From the human T2T-CHM13v2.0 reference genome, Homo sapiens, in the NCBI GenBank assembly GCA_009914755.4, contig CP086569.2, forward strand, positions 29,376,001-29,440,000: a DNA stretch of 64,000 nucleotides, written 5' to 3'. A program made the translations under genes and the position numbers. The notes beneath the pieces are model-generated. The model did no database searches. It saw only the letters and a list, made by a program, of their open reading frames with translations, and was not told the origin of the DNA. This document shows positions 1 through 12,300 of the stretch, one piece after another (positions within the stretch are counted from its first letter, which is position 1; each line of letters begins with the position of its first letter).

Positions 1-3000
1 TTCGAGTGGAATGGAATCGAATATAATGGAGTCGAATGAAATGGAATTGAAAGGAATGGGATCGAATACAATGGAATATACTGGTATGTAACGTAATGTA
101 CTCGAATGTAATTGACTGGAATGGAATGTACATGAATGGAATGTAATCGAATGGAAAGTAATCCAATGGAATAGAATCTAATGCAATAAAATCGACTGAA
201 ATAGAATAGAATGTAATGGAATGGAGTGCAGTGCAATGGAATGGAATGGAATGCAATGCAATGGAATGGAATGTAATGGAATGGAATGGAATGGGATGGA
301 ATGGTAAGGAATGGATAGTAATGGACTGGAGTGAAATGGACTGGAAAGGAATGGACTCAAATTGAAAGGGCTCGAAAGGAACGGAGTCAAATGGAATGGT
401 CTGGAATGGAATGAACACGAATGTAATGCAATCCAATAGAATGGAATCGAATGGCATGGAATATAAAGAAATGGAATCGAAGAGAATGGAAACAAATGGA
501 ATGGAATTGAATGGAATGGAATTGAATGGAATGGGAAGGAATGGAGTGAAATTGTATGCAGTAGAAGAGAATAGAAAGGAATGCAAGCGAAAGGAAAGGA
601 ATGGATTGCAATGGAATGGAATTCATTGGAATGGAAGGGAATGTAGTGTAATGGACAGGCCTGGAATAAAGTGGAATGCTACGGTCTCGAATGGAATAAA
701 AATGTATGGAATGGAATGCAATGAAACGGAATCGAATGTCATAGAATGTAATGGAATGCAAAAAAATGGAATCCAAAATCATTGACTGGAAAGGCTGTGT
801 GTCGAAAGGAATTGAATCCAATGGAATGGAATCGAATGGAATGGAAGTGAATAGAATCGAACTAAATCGAATGGAATGGAATTGATAGGAACGGAATGGA
901 AAGGAATGCAATGATTTGGCATGGAATGGAATCGAATGGCATCGAATGGAATGGAATGGAATGCAATGGAATGGAATGTATTAGAATGTAATGAACATTA
1001 ATGGAATGTACTCGAATGGATTCGACTGGAATGGAATGTTCTCGATGTGAATGGACTCCAATGGAATGGATTCGAAAGGAATGGAATCGAACGGAATGGC
1101 ATCTAATGGAATGGAATTAAATGGAAATGAATCAAATTGAATAGCACGGAATTGAATTGAATGGAATCGAATGCAATGGAATCTAATGAAACGGAAAGGA
1201 AAGGAATGGAATGGAATGGAATGGGCTGGAATGGAATGGAATCGAAACGAATGGAATGGAATCGAACTGAAGAGACTGGAATGGAATGCACTGGAATGGA
1301 AGGGAGTGTAATAGAAGGTTCTCGAAAAAATTGGAATCGAATGGAATGGAATTGAATGGAACGGAATAGAGTCGAATGGAATTGAATGGAATGGAATGGA
1401 CTAGAGTGAAATGGAATCGAACCACAAGGAATGGACAGGAATAGAATGGTCTCGAATTGAAAGGAATCGTATGGAATGGCATCAAACGGAATGGAATGGA
1501 CAGCCACGGAATGGAATGCACTCGAATGCAATGGAGTCGAAACTAATGGACTGGAATAGAATGGACTCGACTGGTACGGACTCCAATGGAATGGAATCGA
1601 ATGGAAGGGAATTGAACGGAATGGACTCGAAGGGAAAAGACTGCAATGGAAAGATCTCGAATGGAATGGAAATTAATGGAATGGAATGGAATCGAATGAA
1701 ATGGAGTCAAAAGGAATGGAATCGAATGGCAAGAAATCGAATGTAATGGAATCACAAGGAATTGATGTGAAGGGAACGGAATGGAATGGAATCCAAAGGA
1801 ATGGAATAGAATGGAATGGAATCGAATGGAAAGCACTCGAATGGAAATCACTCGAATAGAATTCATTTTAATAAAATAGGATCAAATGTAATGGAATGGA
1901 ATGGAAAGGAATCGAAACGAAATTAATGGAGACAGATGGAATGGAATGGAACAGAGAGCAATGGTATAGAATGGAATGGAATCATCTGGAATGGAATTGA
2001 ATGGAATGGAATAATGTGAAATGGAATGGAATGGAATGGAATGCCCTTGAATTAAATGGACTGGAATGGAATGGACTCGAACAGAGTGGAATGGAAAGTG
2101 TTGAAATAGAATGGAATGGACTCCTTTGGAATGGTCTAGTATGCAATGCAATCGACTGGCAGGGAATCAAAAGGAATGTAATCGAATGGATTGGACTGGA
2201 ATGCAATGGACTCGAATAGATTGGAAACGGAATGCAAAGGAATGGAATGCAATAGTATGGAATGGAATGGAAAGGAATGGAGTGGAATAGACTAGAGTGG
2301 AATGGAATGGACTGGAAAGCAATGGACTGGAATGGAACTTTCTTGAATGGACTGGAATCAAACGGAATGGAATGCAATGCAATCAAATGGCATGGAATAA
2401 AATAGAATGAAAGAGAATCAAATGGAATTGAATTGAATGGAATCGAATGGATTGGAAAGGAATAGAATGGAATGGAATGGAATTGACTCAAATGGAATGG
2501 ACTAGAATGGAATGGATTCGAATGGAAGGCAAAGGAATGGAATCTATTGGAATGGACTGTAATGGAATGGAATGGAAGGGATTGGAATGGACTCGAATGG
2601 AATGGACTGCAATAGAAAGGATTCGAATGGAATGAAAAAGAATTGAATGGAATAGAACAGAATGGAATCAAATCGAATGAAATGGAATGGAATAGAAAGG
2701 AATGGAATGAAATGGAATGGAAAGGATTCGAATGGAATGCAATCGAATGGAATGCAGTCGAACGGAATGGAATCGAACGGAATGGAATAAAATGGAAGAA
2801 AACTGGCAAGAAATGGAATCGAAATGAATGGAGTGTTATGGGTCGGACTCAAAAGGAATTGAATGTAATAGAATGGAGTGGAGTGGACTCGAATATAATG
2901 GACTGGAATGGAATGAAATCACATGGAATGGGAACGAATGGAATGGAATGGAAATGAATGGAATCGAATGGAAAGGAATCGAATGGAAATCACTCGAATA

Positions 3001-5848
3001 GAATGCAATTTAATAAAATAGGATCAAATGTAATGGAATGGAATGGAAAGGAATCGAAACGAAAGGAATGGAGACAGATGCAATGGAATGGAACAGAGAG
3101 CAATGGTATAGAATGCAATGGAATCATCTGGAATGGAATTGAATGGAATGGAATAATATGAAATGGAATGGAATGGAATGGAATGCCCTTGAATTAAATG
3201 GACTGGAATGGAATGGACTCGAACAGAGTGGAATGAAAAGTGTTGAGATAGAATGGAATGGACTCTTTTGGAATGGTCTAGTATGCAATGCAATCGACTG
3301 GCAGGGAATCAAAAGGAATGTAATCGAATGGATTGGACTGGAATGCAATGGACTCGAATAGATTGGAAACGGAATGCAAAGGAATGGAATGGAATAGTAT
3401 GGAATGGAATGGAAAGGAATGGAGTGGAATAGACTAGAGTGGAATGGAATGGACTGGAAAACAATGGACTGGAATGGAACTTTCTTGAATGGACTGGAAT
3501 CAAACGGAATGGAATGCAATGCAATCAAATGGCATGGAATAAAATAGAATGAAAGAGAATCAAATGGAATTGAATCGAATGGAATCGAATGGATTGGAAA
3601 GGAATAGAATGGAATGGAATGGAATTGACTCAAATGGAATGGACTAGAATGGAATGGATTCGAATGGAAGGCAAAGGAATGGAATCTATTGGAATGGACT
3701 GTAATGGAATGGAATGGAAGGGATTGGAATGGACTCGAATGGAATGGACTGCAATAGAAAGGATTCGAATGGAATGAAAAAGAATTGAATGGAATAGAAC
3801 AGAATGGAATCAAATCGAATGAAATGGAATGGAATAGAAAGGAATGGAATGAAATGGAATGGAAAGGATTCGAATGGAATGCAATCGAATGGAATGCAAT
3901 CGAACGGAATGGAATCGAACGGAATGGAATAAAATGGAAGAAAACTGGCAAGAAATGGAATCGAAATGAATGGAGTGTTATGGAACGGACTCAAAAGGAA
4001 TTGAATGTAATAGAATGGAGTGGAGTGGACTCGAATATAATGGACTGGAATGGAATGAAATCACATGGAATGGGAACGAATGGAATGGAATGGAAAGGAA
4101 TGGAATCGAATGGAAAGGAATCGAATGGAAATCACTCGAATAGAATGCAATTTAATAAAATAGGATCAAATGTAATGGAATGGAATGGAAAGGAATCGAA
4201 ACGAAAGGAATGGAGACAGATGGAATGGAATGGAACAGAGAGCAATGGTATAGAATGGAATGGAATCATCAGGAATGGAATTGAATGGAATGGAATAATA
4301 TGAAATGGAATGGAATGGAATGGAATGCCCTTGAATTAAATGGACTGGAATGGAATGGACTCGAACAGAGTGGAATGAAAAGTGTTGAGATAGAATGGAA
4401 TGGACTCTTTTGGAATGGTCTAGTATGCAATGCAATCGACTGGCAGCGAATCAAAAGGAATGTAATCGAATGGATTGGACTGGAATGCAATGGACTCGAA
4501 TAGATTGGAAACGGAATGCAAAGGAATGGAATGGAATAGTATGGAATGGAATGGAAAGGAATGGAGTGGAATAGACTAGAGTGGAATGGAATGGACTGGA
4601 AAGCAATGGACTGGAATGGAACTTTCTTGAATGGACTGGAATCAAACGGAATGGAATGCAATGCAATCAAATGGCATGGAATAAAATAGAATGAAAGAGA
4701 ATCAAATGGAATTGAATCGAATGGAATCGAATGGATTGGAAAGGAATAGAATGGAATGGAATGGAATTGACTCAAATGGAATGGACTAGAATGGAATGGA
4801 TTCGAATGGAAGGCAAAGGAATGGAATCTATTGGAATGGACTGTAATGGAATGGAATGGAAGGGATTGGAATGGACTCGAATGGAATGGACTGCAATAGA
4901 AAGGATTCGAATGGAATGAAAAAGAATTGAATGGAATAGAACAGAATGGAATCAAATCGAATGAAATGGAATGGAATAGAAAGGAATGGAATGAAATGGA
5001 ATGGAAAGGATTCGAATGGAATGCAATCGAATGGAATGCAATCGAACGGAATGGAATCGAACGGAATGGAATAAAATGGAAGAAAACTGGCAAGAAATGG
5101 AATCGAAAGGAATGGAGTGTTATGGAACGGACTCAAAAGGAATTGAATGTAATAGAATGGAGTGGAGTGGACTCGAATATACTGGACTGGAATGGAATGA
5201 AATCACATGGAATGGGAACGAATGGAATGGAATGGAAAGGAATGGAATCGAATGGAAAGGAATCGAATGGAAGGGAATGAAATTGAATCAACAGGAATGG
5301 AAGGGAATTGAATAGACGGTAATGGAATGGACTCGAATAGAATGGACACGAATGCTCAAATTGAATGGACTCGAATGGAATGGAAACGAAAGGAATGTCA
5401 TCGAATGGAATTGAATCGATTGGAATGAAATCGCATGGAATGGAGTGGAATCCAATGGAATTGAATCGAAAGGAAAGGAAGCGAATGGACTGAAATGAAA
5501 TGGAATGGAATGGAATGGAAAGTAATGCAATGGAATAGAATGGAACGAAATTTCACGGAATGGAATCAAACTGAATGGAATCAAATCAATGGAATATAAT
5601 CAAATGGAATGGAAAGGAATTGAATGGAGTAGATGGGATTGGATGGGATTGGAATGAAATGTACTGGAAAAGACTCGAATTTTATGAAACGGAATGGAAT
5701 GAATTGGAACGGAATGGACTCGAATGGAATGGAATGTCATGGAATGGCATCAAATGGAATGGCATCAAATGGAATGGAATCGAATGCAATGGAATGCTAT
5801 GGAATGGAATGGAATGCATTGGAATGGAATGTCCTCTAATGGAATGGA
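1..5848. repeat. HOR unit 1, expanded variant of 5,848 bp containing 3 tandem copies of a 1,142 bp internal segment
   Basis: Phase is defined by the landmark ttcgagtggaatggaatcgaatataatgg at positions 1 and 5849. The internal landmark taataaaatagg recurs at 1869, 3011 and 4153 (spacing 1,142). Confidence 0.85.
1840..5266. repeat. Three-fold tandem amplification of a 1,142 bp intra-HOR segment. Copies are at ~1840-2981, 2982-4123 and 4124-5266.
   Basis: The recombination joint cgaatggaaa|tcactcgaatagaatgcaatttaataaaatagg recurs at ~2982 and ~4124. The normal continuation cgaatggaagggaatgaaattgaatcaacagg appears only after the third copy (~5266). The three copies differ by a few substitutions, for example gaattcatttta in copy 1 against gaatgcaattta in copies 2 and 3. 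Confidence 0.8.
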
Positions 5849-8800
5849 TTCGAGTGGAATGGAATCGAATATAATGGAGTCGAATGAAATGGAATTGAAA
5901 GGAATGGGATCGAATACAATGGAATATACTGGAATGTAACGTAATGAACTCGAATGTAATTGACTGGAATGGAATGTACATGAATGGAATGTAATCGAAT
6001 GGAAAGTAATCCAATGGAATAGAATCTAATGCAATAAAATCGACTCAAATAGAATAGAATGTAATGGAATGGAGTGCAGTGCAATGGAATGGAATGGAAT
6101 GGAATTCAATGCAATGGAATGTAATGGAATGGAATGGAATGGGATGGAATGGTATGGAATGGATAGTAATGGACTGGAGTGAAATGGACTGGAAAGGAAT
6201 GGACTCAAATTGAAAGGGCTCGAAAGGAATGGAGTCAAATGGAATGGTCTGGAATGGAATGAACACGAATGTAATGCAATCCAATAGAATGGAATCGAAT
6301 GGCATGGAATATAAAGAAATGGAATCGAAGAGAATGGAAACAAATGGAATGGAATTGAATGGAATGGAATTGAATGGAATGGGAAGGAATGGAGTGAAAT
6401 TGTATGCAGTAGAAGAGAATAGAATGGAATGCAAGCGAAAGGAAAGGAATGGATTTCAATGGAATGGAATTCATTGGAATGGAAGGGAATGTAGTGTAAT
6501 GGACAGGCCTGGAATAAAGTGGAATGCTACGGTCTCGAATGGAATAAAAATGTATGGAATGGAATGCAATGAAACGGAATCGAATGTCATAGAATGTAAT
6601 GGAATGCAAAAAAATGGAATCCAAAATCATTGACTGGAAAGGCTGTGTGTCGAAAGGAATTGACTCCAATGGAATGGAATCGAATGGAATGGAAGTGAAT
6701 AGAATCGAACTAAATCGAATGGAATGGAATTGATAGGAACGGAATGGAAAGGAATGCAATGATTTGGCATGGAATGGAATCGAATGGCATCGAATGGAAT
6801 GGAATGGAATGCAATGGAATGGAATGTATTAGAATGTAATGAACATTAATGGAATGTACTCGAATGGATTCGACTGGAATGGAATGTTCTAGAAGTGAAT
6901 GGACTCCAATGGAATGGATTCGAAAGGAATGGAATCGAACGGAATGACATCTAATGGAATGGAATTAAATGGAAATGAATCAAATTGAATAGCATGGAAT
7001 TGAATTGAATGGAATCGAATGCAATGGAATCTAATGAAACGGAAAGGAAAAGAATGGAATGGAATGGAATGGGCTGGAATGGAATGGAATCGAAACGAAT
7101 GGAATGGAATCGAACTGAAGAGACTGGAATGGAATGCACTGGAATGGAAGGGAGTGTAGTGGAAGGTTCTCGAAAAAAATGGAATCGAATGGAATGGAAT
7201 TGAATGGAACGGAATAGAGTCGAATGGAATTGAATGGAATGGAATGGACTAGAGTGAAATGGAATCGAACCACAAGGAATGGACTGGAATAGAATGGTCT
7301 CGAATTGAAAGGAATCGTATGGAATAGCATCAAACGGAATGGAATGGACAGCCACGGAATGGAATGCACTCGAATGCAATGGAGTCGAAACTAATGGACT
7401 GGAATAGAATGGACTCGACTGGTACGGACTCCAATGTAATGGAATCGAATGGAAGGGAATCGAACGGAATGGACTCGAAGGGAATAGACTGCAATGGAAA
7501 GGTCTCGAATGTAATGGAAATTAATGGAATGGAATGGAATCGAATGAAATGGAGTCAAAAGGAATGGAATCGAATGGCAAGAAATCGAATGGAATGGAAT
7601 CACAAGGAATTGATGTGAACGGAACGGAATGGAATGGAATCCAAAGGAATGGAATAGAATGGAATGGAATCGAATGGAAAGGACTCGAATGGAAATCACT
7701 CGAATAGAATGCAATTTAATAAAATAGGATCAAATGTAATGGAATGGAATGGAAAGGAATCGAAATGAAAGGAATGGAGACAGATGGAATGGAATGGAAC
7801 AGAGAGCAATGGTATAGAATGGAATGGAATCATCTGGAATGGAATTGAATGGAATGGAATAATATGAAATGGAATGGAATGGAATGGAATGCCCTTGAAT
7901 TAAATGGACTGGAATGGAATGGACTCGAACAGAGTGGAATGGAAAGTGTTGAAATAGAATGGAATGGACTCCTTTGGAATGGTCTAGTATGCAATGCAAT
8001 CGACTGGCAGGGAATCAAAAGGAATGTAATCGAATGGATTGGACTGGAATGCAATGGACTCGAATAGATTGGAAACGGAATGCAAAGGAATGGAATGGAA
8101 TAGTATGGAATGGAATGGAAAGGAATGGAGTGGAATAGACTAGAGTGGAATGGAATGGACTGGAAAGCAATGGACTGGAATGGAACTTTCTTGAATGGAC
8201 TGGAATCAAACGGAATGGAATGCAATGCAATCAAATGGCATGGAATAAAATAGAATGAAAGAGAATCAAATGGAATTGAATCGAATGGAATCGAATGGAT
8301 TGGAAAGGAATAGAATGGAATGGAATGGAATTGACTCAAATGGAATGGACTAGAATGGAATGGATTCGAATGGAAGGCAAAGGAATGGAATCTATTGGAA
8401 TGGACTGTAATGGAATGGAATGGAAGGGATTGGAATGGACTCGAATGGAATGGACTGCAATAGAAAGGATTCGAATGGAATGAAAAAGAATTGAATGGAA
8501 TAGAACAGAATGGAATCAAATCGAATGAAATGGAATGGAATAGAAAGGAATGGAATGAAATGGAATGGAAAGGATTCGAATGGAATGCAATCGAATGGAA
8601 TGGAATCGAACGGAATGGAATAAAATGGAAGAAAACTGGCAAGAAATGGAATCGAAATGAATGGAGTGTTATGGAACGGACTCAAAAGGAATTGAATGTA
8701 ATAGAATGGAGTGGAGTGGACTCGAATATACTGGACTGGAATGGAATGAAATCACATGGAATGGGAACGAATGGAATGGAATGGAAAGGAATGGAATCGA

Positions 8801-9397
8801 ATGGAAAGGAATCGAATGGAAGGGAATGAAATTGAATCAACAGGAATGGAAGGGAATAGAATAGACGGTAATGGAATGGACTCGAATAGAATGGACACGA
8901 ATGCTCAAATTGAATGGACTCGAATGGAATGGAAACGAAAGGAATGTCATCGAATGGAATTGAATCGATTGGAATGAAATCGCATAGAATGGAGTGGAAT
9001 CCAATGGAATTGAATCGAAAGGAAAGGAAGCGAATGGACTGAAATGAAATGGAATGGAATTGAATGGAAAGTAATGCAATGGAATAGAATGGAACGAAAT
9101 TTCACGGAATGGAATCAAACTGAATGGAATCAAATCAATGGAATCTAATCAAATGGAATGGAAAGGAATTGAATGGAGTAGATGGGATTGGATGGGATTG
9201 GAATGAAATGTACAGGAAGAGACTCGAATTTTATGAATCGGAATGGAATGAATTGGAACGGAATGGACTCGAATGGAATGGAATGTCATGGAATGGCATC
9301 AAATGGAATGGTATCAAATGGAATGGAATCGAATGCAATGGAATGCTATGGAATGGAATGGAATGCATTGGAATGGAATGTCCTCTAATGGAATGGA
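5849..9397. repeat. HOR unit 2, canonical 3,549 bp
   Basis: Landmark ttcgagtgg at 5849 and 9398. One copy of each diagnostic segment. Confidence 0.85.
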
Positions 9398-12300
9398 TTC
9401 GAGTGGAATGGAATCGAATATAATGGAGTCGAATGAAATGGAATTGAAAGGAATGGGATCGAATACAATGGAATATACTGGTATGTAACGTAATGTACTC
9501 GAATGTAATTGACTGGAATGGAATGTACATGAATGGAATGTAATCGAATGGAAAGTAATCCAATGGAATAGAATCTAATGCAATAAAATCGACTGAAATA
9601 GAATAGAATGTAATGGAATGGAGTGCAGTGCAATGGAATGGAATGGAATGCAATGCAATGGAATGGAATGTAATGGAATGGAATGGAATGGGATGGAATG
9701 GTAAGGAATGGATAGTAATGGACTGGAGTGAAATGGACTGGAAAGGAATGGACTCAAATTGAAAGGGCTCGAAAGGAACGGAGTCAAATGGAATGGTCTG
9801 GAATGGAATGAACACGAATGTAATGCAATCCAATAGAATGGAATCGAATGGCATGGAATATAAAGAAATGGAATCGAAGAGAACGGAAACAAATGGAATG
9901 GAATTGAATGGAATGGAATTGAATGGAATGGGAAGGAATGGAGTGAAATTGTATGCAGTAGAAGAGAATAGAAAGGAATGCAAGCGAAAGGAAAGGAATG
10001 GATTGCAATGGAATGGAATTCATTGGAATGGAAGGGAATGTAGTGTAATGGACAGGCCTGGAATAAAGTGGAATGCTACGGTCTCGAATGGAATAAAAAT
10101 GTATGGAATGGAATGCAATGAAACGGAATCGAATGTCATAGAATGTAATGGAATGCAAAAAAATGGAATCCAAAATCATTGACTGGAAAGGCCGTGTGTC
10201 GAAAGGAATTGAATCCAATGGAATGGAATCGAATGGAATGGAAGTGAATAGAATCGAACTAAATCGAATGGAATGGAATTGATAGGAACGGAATGGAAAG
10301 GAATGCAATGATTTGGCATGGAATGGAATCGAATGGCATCGAATGGAATGGAATGGAATGCAATGGAATGGAATGTATTAGAATGTAATGAACATTAATG
10401 GAATGTACTCGAACGGATTCGACTGGAATGGAATGTTCTCGATGTGAATGGACTCCAATGGAATGGATTCGAAAGGAATGGAATCGAACGGAATGGCATC
10501 TAATGGAATGGAATTAAATGGAAATGAATCAAATTGAATAGCACGGAATTGAATTGAATGGAATCGAATGCAATGGAATCTAATGAAACGGAAAGGAAAG
10601 GAATGGAATGGAATGGAATGGGCTGGAATGGAATGGAATCGAAACGAATGGAATGGAATCGAACTGAAGAGACTGGAATGGAATGCACTGGAATGGAAGG
10701 GAGTGTAATAGAAGGTTCTCGAAAAAATTGGAATCGAATGGAATGGAATTGAATGGAACGGAATAGAGTCGAATGGAATTGAATGGAATGGAATGGACTA
10801 GAGTGAAATGGAATCGAACCACAAGGAATGGACAGGAATAGAATGGTCTCGAATTGAAAGGAATCGTATGGAATGGCATCAAACGGAATGGAATGGACAG
10901 CCACGGAATTTAATGCACTCGAATGCAATGGAGTCGAAACTAATGGACTGGAATAGAATGGACTCGACTGGTACGGACTCCAATGGAATGGAATCGAATG
11001 GAAGGGAATTGAACGGAATGGACTCGAAGGGAAAAGACTGCAATGGAAAGATCTCGAATGGAATGGAAATTAATGGAATGGAATGGAATCGAATGAAATG
11101 GAGTCAAAAGGAATGGAATCGAATGGCAAGAAATCGAATGTAATGGAATCACAAGGAATTGATGTGAAGGGAACGGAATGGAATGGAATCCAAAGGAATG
11201 GAATAGAATGGAATGGAATCGAATGGAAAGCACTCGAATGGAAATCACTCGAATAGAATTCATTTTAACAAAATAGGATCAAATGTAATGAAATGGAATG
11301 GAAAGGAATCGAAACGAAAGTAATGGAGACAGATGGAATGGAATGGAACAGAGAGCAATGGTATAGAATGGAATGGAATCATCTGGAATGGAATTGAATG
11401 GAATGGAATAATGTGAAATGGAATGGAATGGAATGGAATGCCCTTGAATTAAATGGACTGGAATGGAATGGACTCGAACAGAGTGGAATGGAAAGTGTTG
11501 AAATAGAATGGAATGGACTCCTTTGGAATGGTCTAGTATGCAATGCAATCGACTGGCAGGGAATCAAAAGGAATGTAATAGAATGGATTGGACTGGAATG
11601 CAATGGACTCGAATAGATTGGAAACGGAATGCAAAGGAATGGAATGCAATAGTATGGAATGGAATGGAAAGGAATGGAGTGGAATAGACTAGAGTGGAAT
11701 GGAATGGACTGGAAAGCAATGGACTGGAATGGAACTTTCTTGAATGGACTGGAATCAAACGGAATGGAATGCAATGCAATCAAATGGCATGGAATAAAAT
11801 AGAATGAAAGAGAATCAAATGGAATTGAATTGAATGGAATCGAATGGATTGGAAAGGAATAGAATGGAATGGAATGGAATTGACTCAAATGGAATGGACT
11901 AGAATGGAATGGATTCGAATGGAAGGCAAAGGAATGGAATCTATTGGAATGGACTGTAATGGAATGGAATGGAAGGGATTGGAATGGACTCGAATGGAAT
12001 GGACTGCAATAGAAAGGATTCGAATGGAATGAAAAAGAATTGAATGGAATAGAACAGAATGGAATCAAATCGAATGAAATGGAATGGAATAGAAAGGAAT
12101 GGAATGAAATGGAATGGAAAGGATTCGAATGGAATGCAATCGAATGGAATGCAGTCGAACGGAATGGAATCGAACGGAATGGAATAAAATGGAAGAAAAC
12201 TGGCAAGAAATGGAATCGAAATGAATGGAGTGTTATGGGACGGACTCAAAAGGAATTGAATGTAATAGAATGGAGTGGAGTGGACTCGAATATAATGGAC

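Noticed and set aside
2205-2235. CENP-B-box-like motif ttggaaacgg in cgaatagattggaaacggaatgcaaagg, once per unit
   Set aside because: The essential CENP-B box positions nTTCGnnnnAnnCGGGn are not met: there is no TTCG upstream and the sequence has CGGAAT instead of CGGGA. The motif is a chance variant of GGAAT pentamers. CENP-B boxes belong to alpha satellite, not HSat3.
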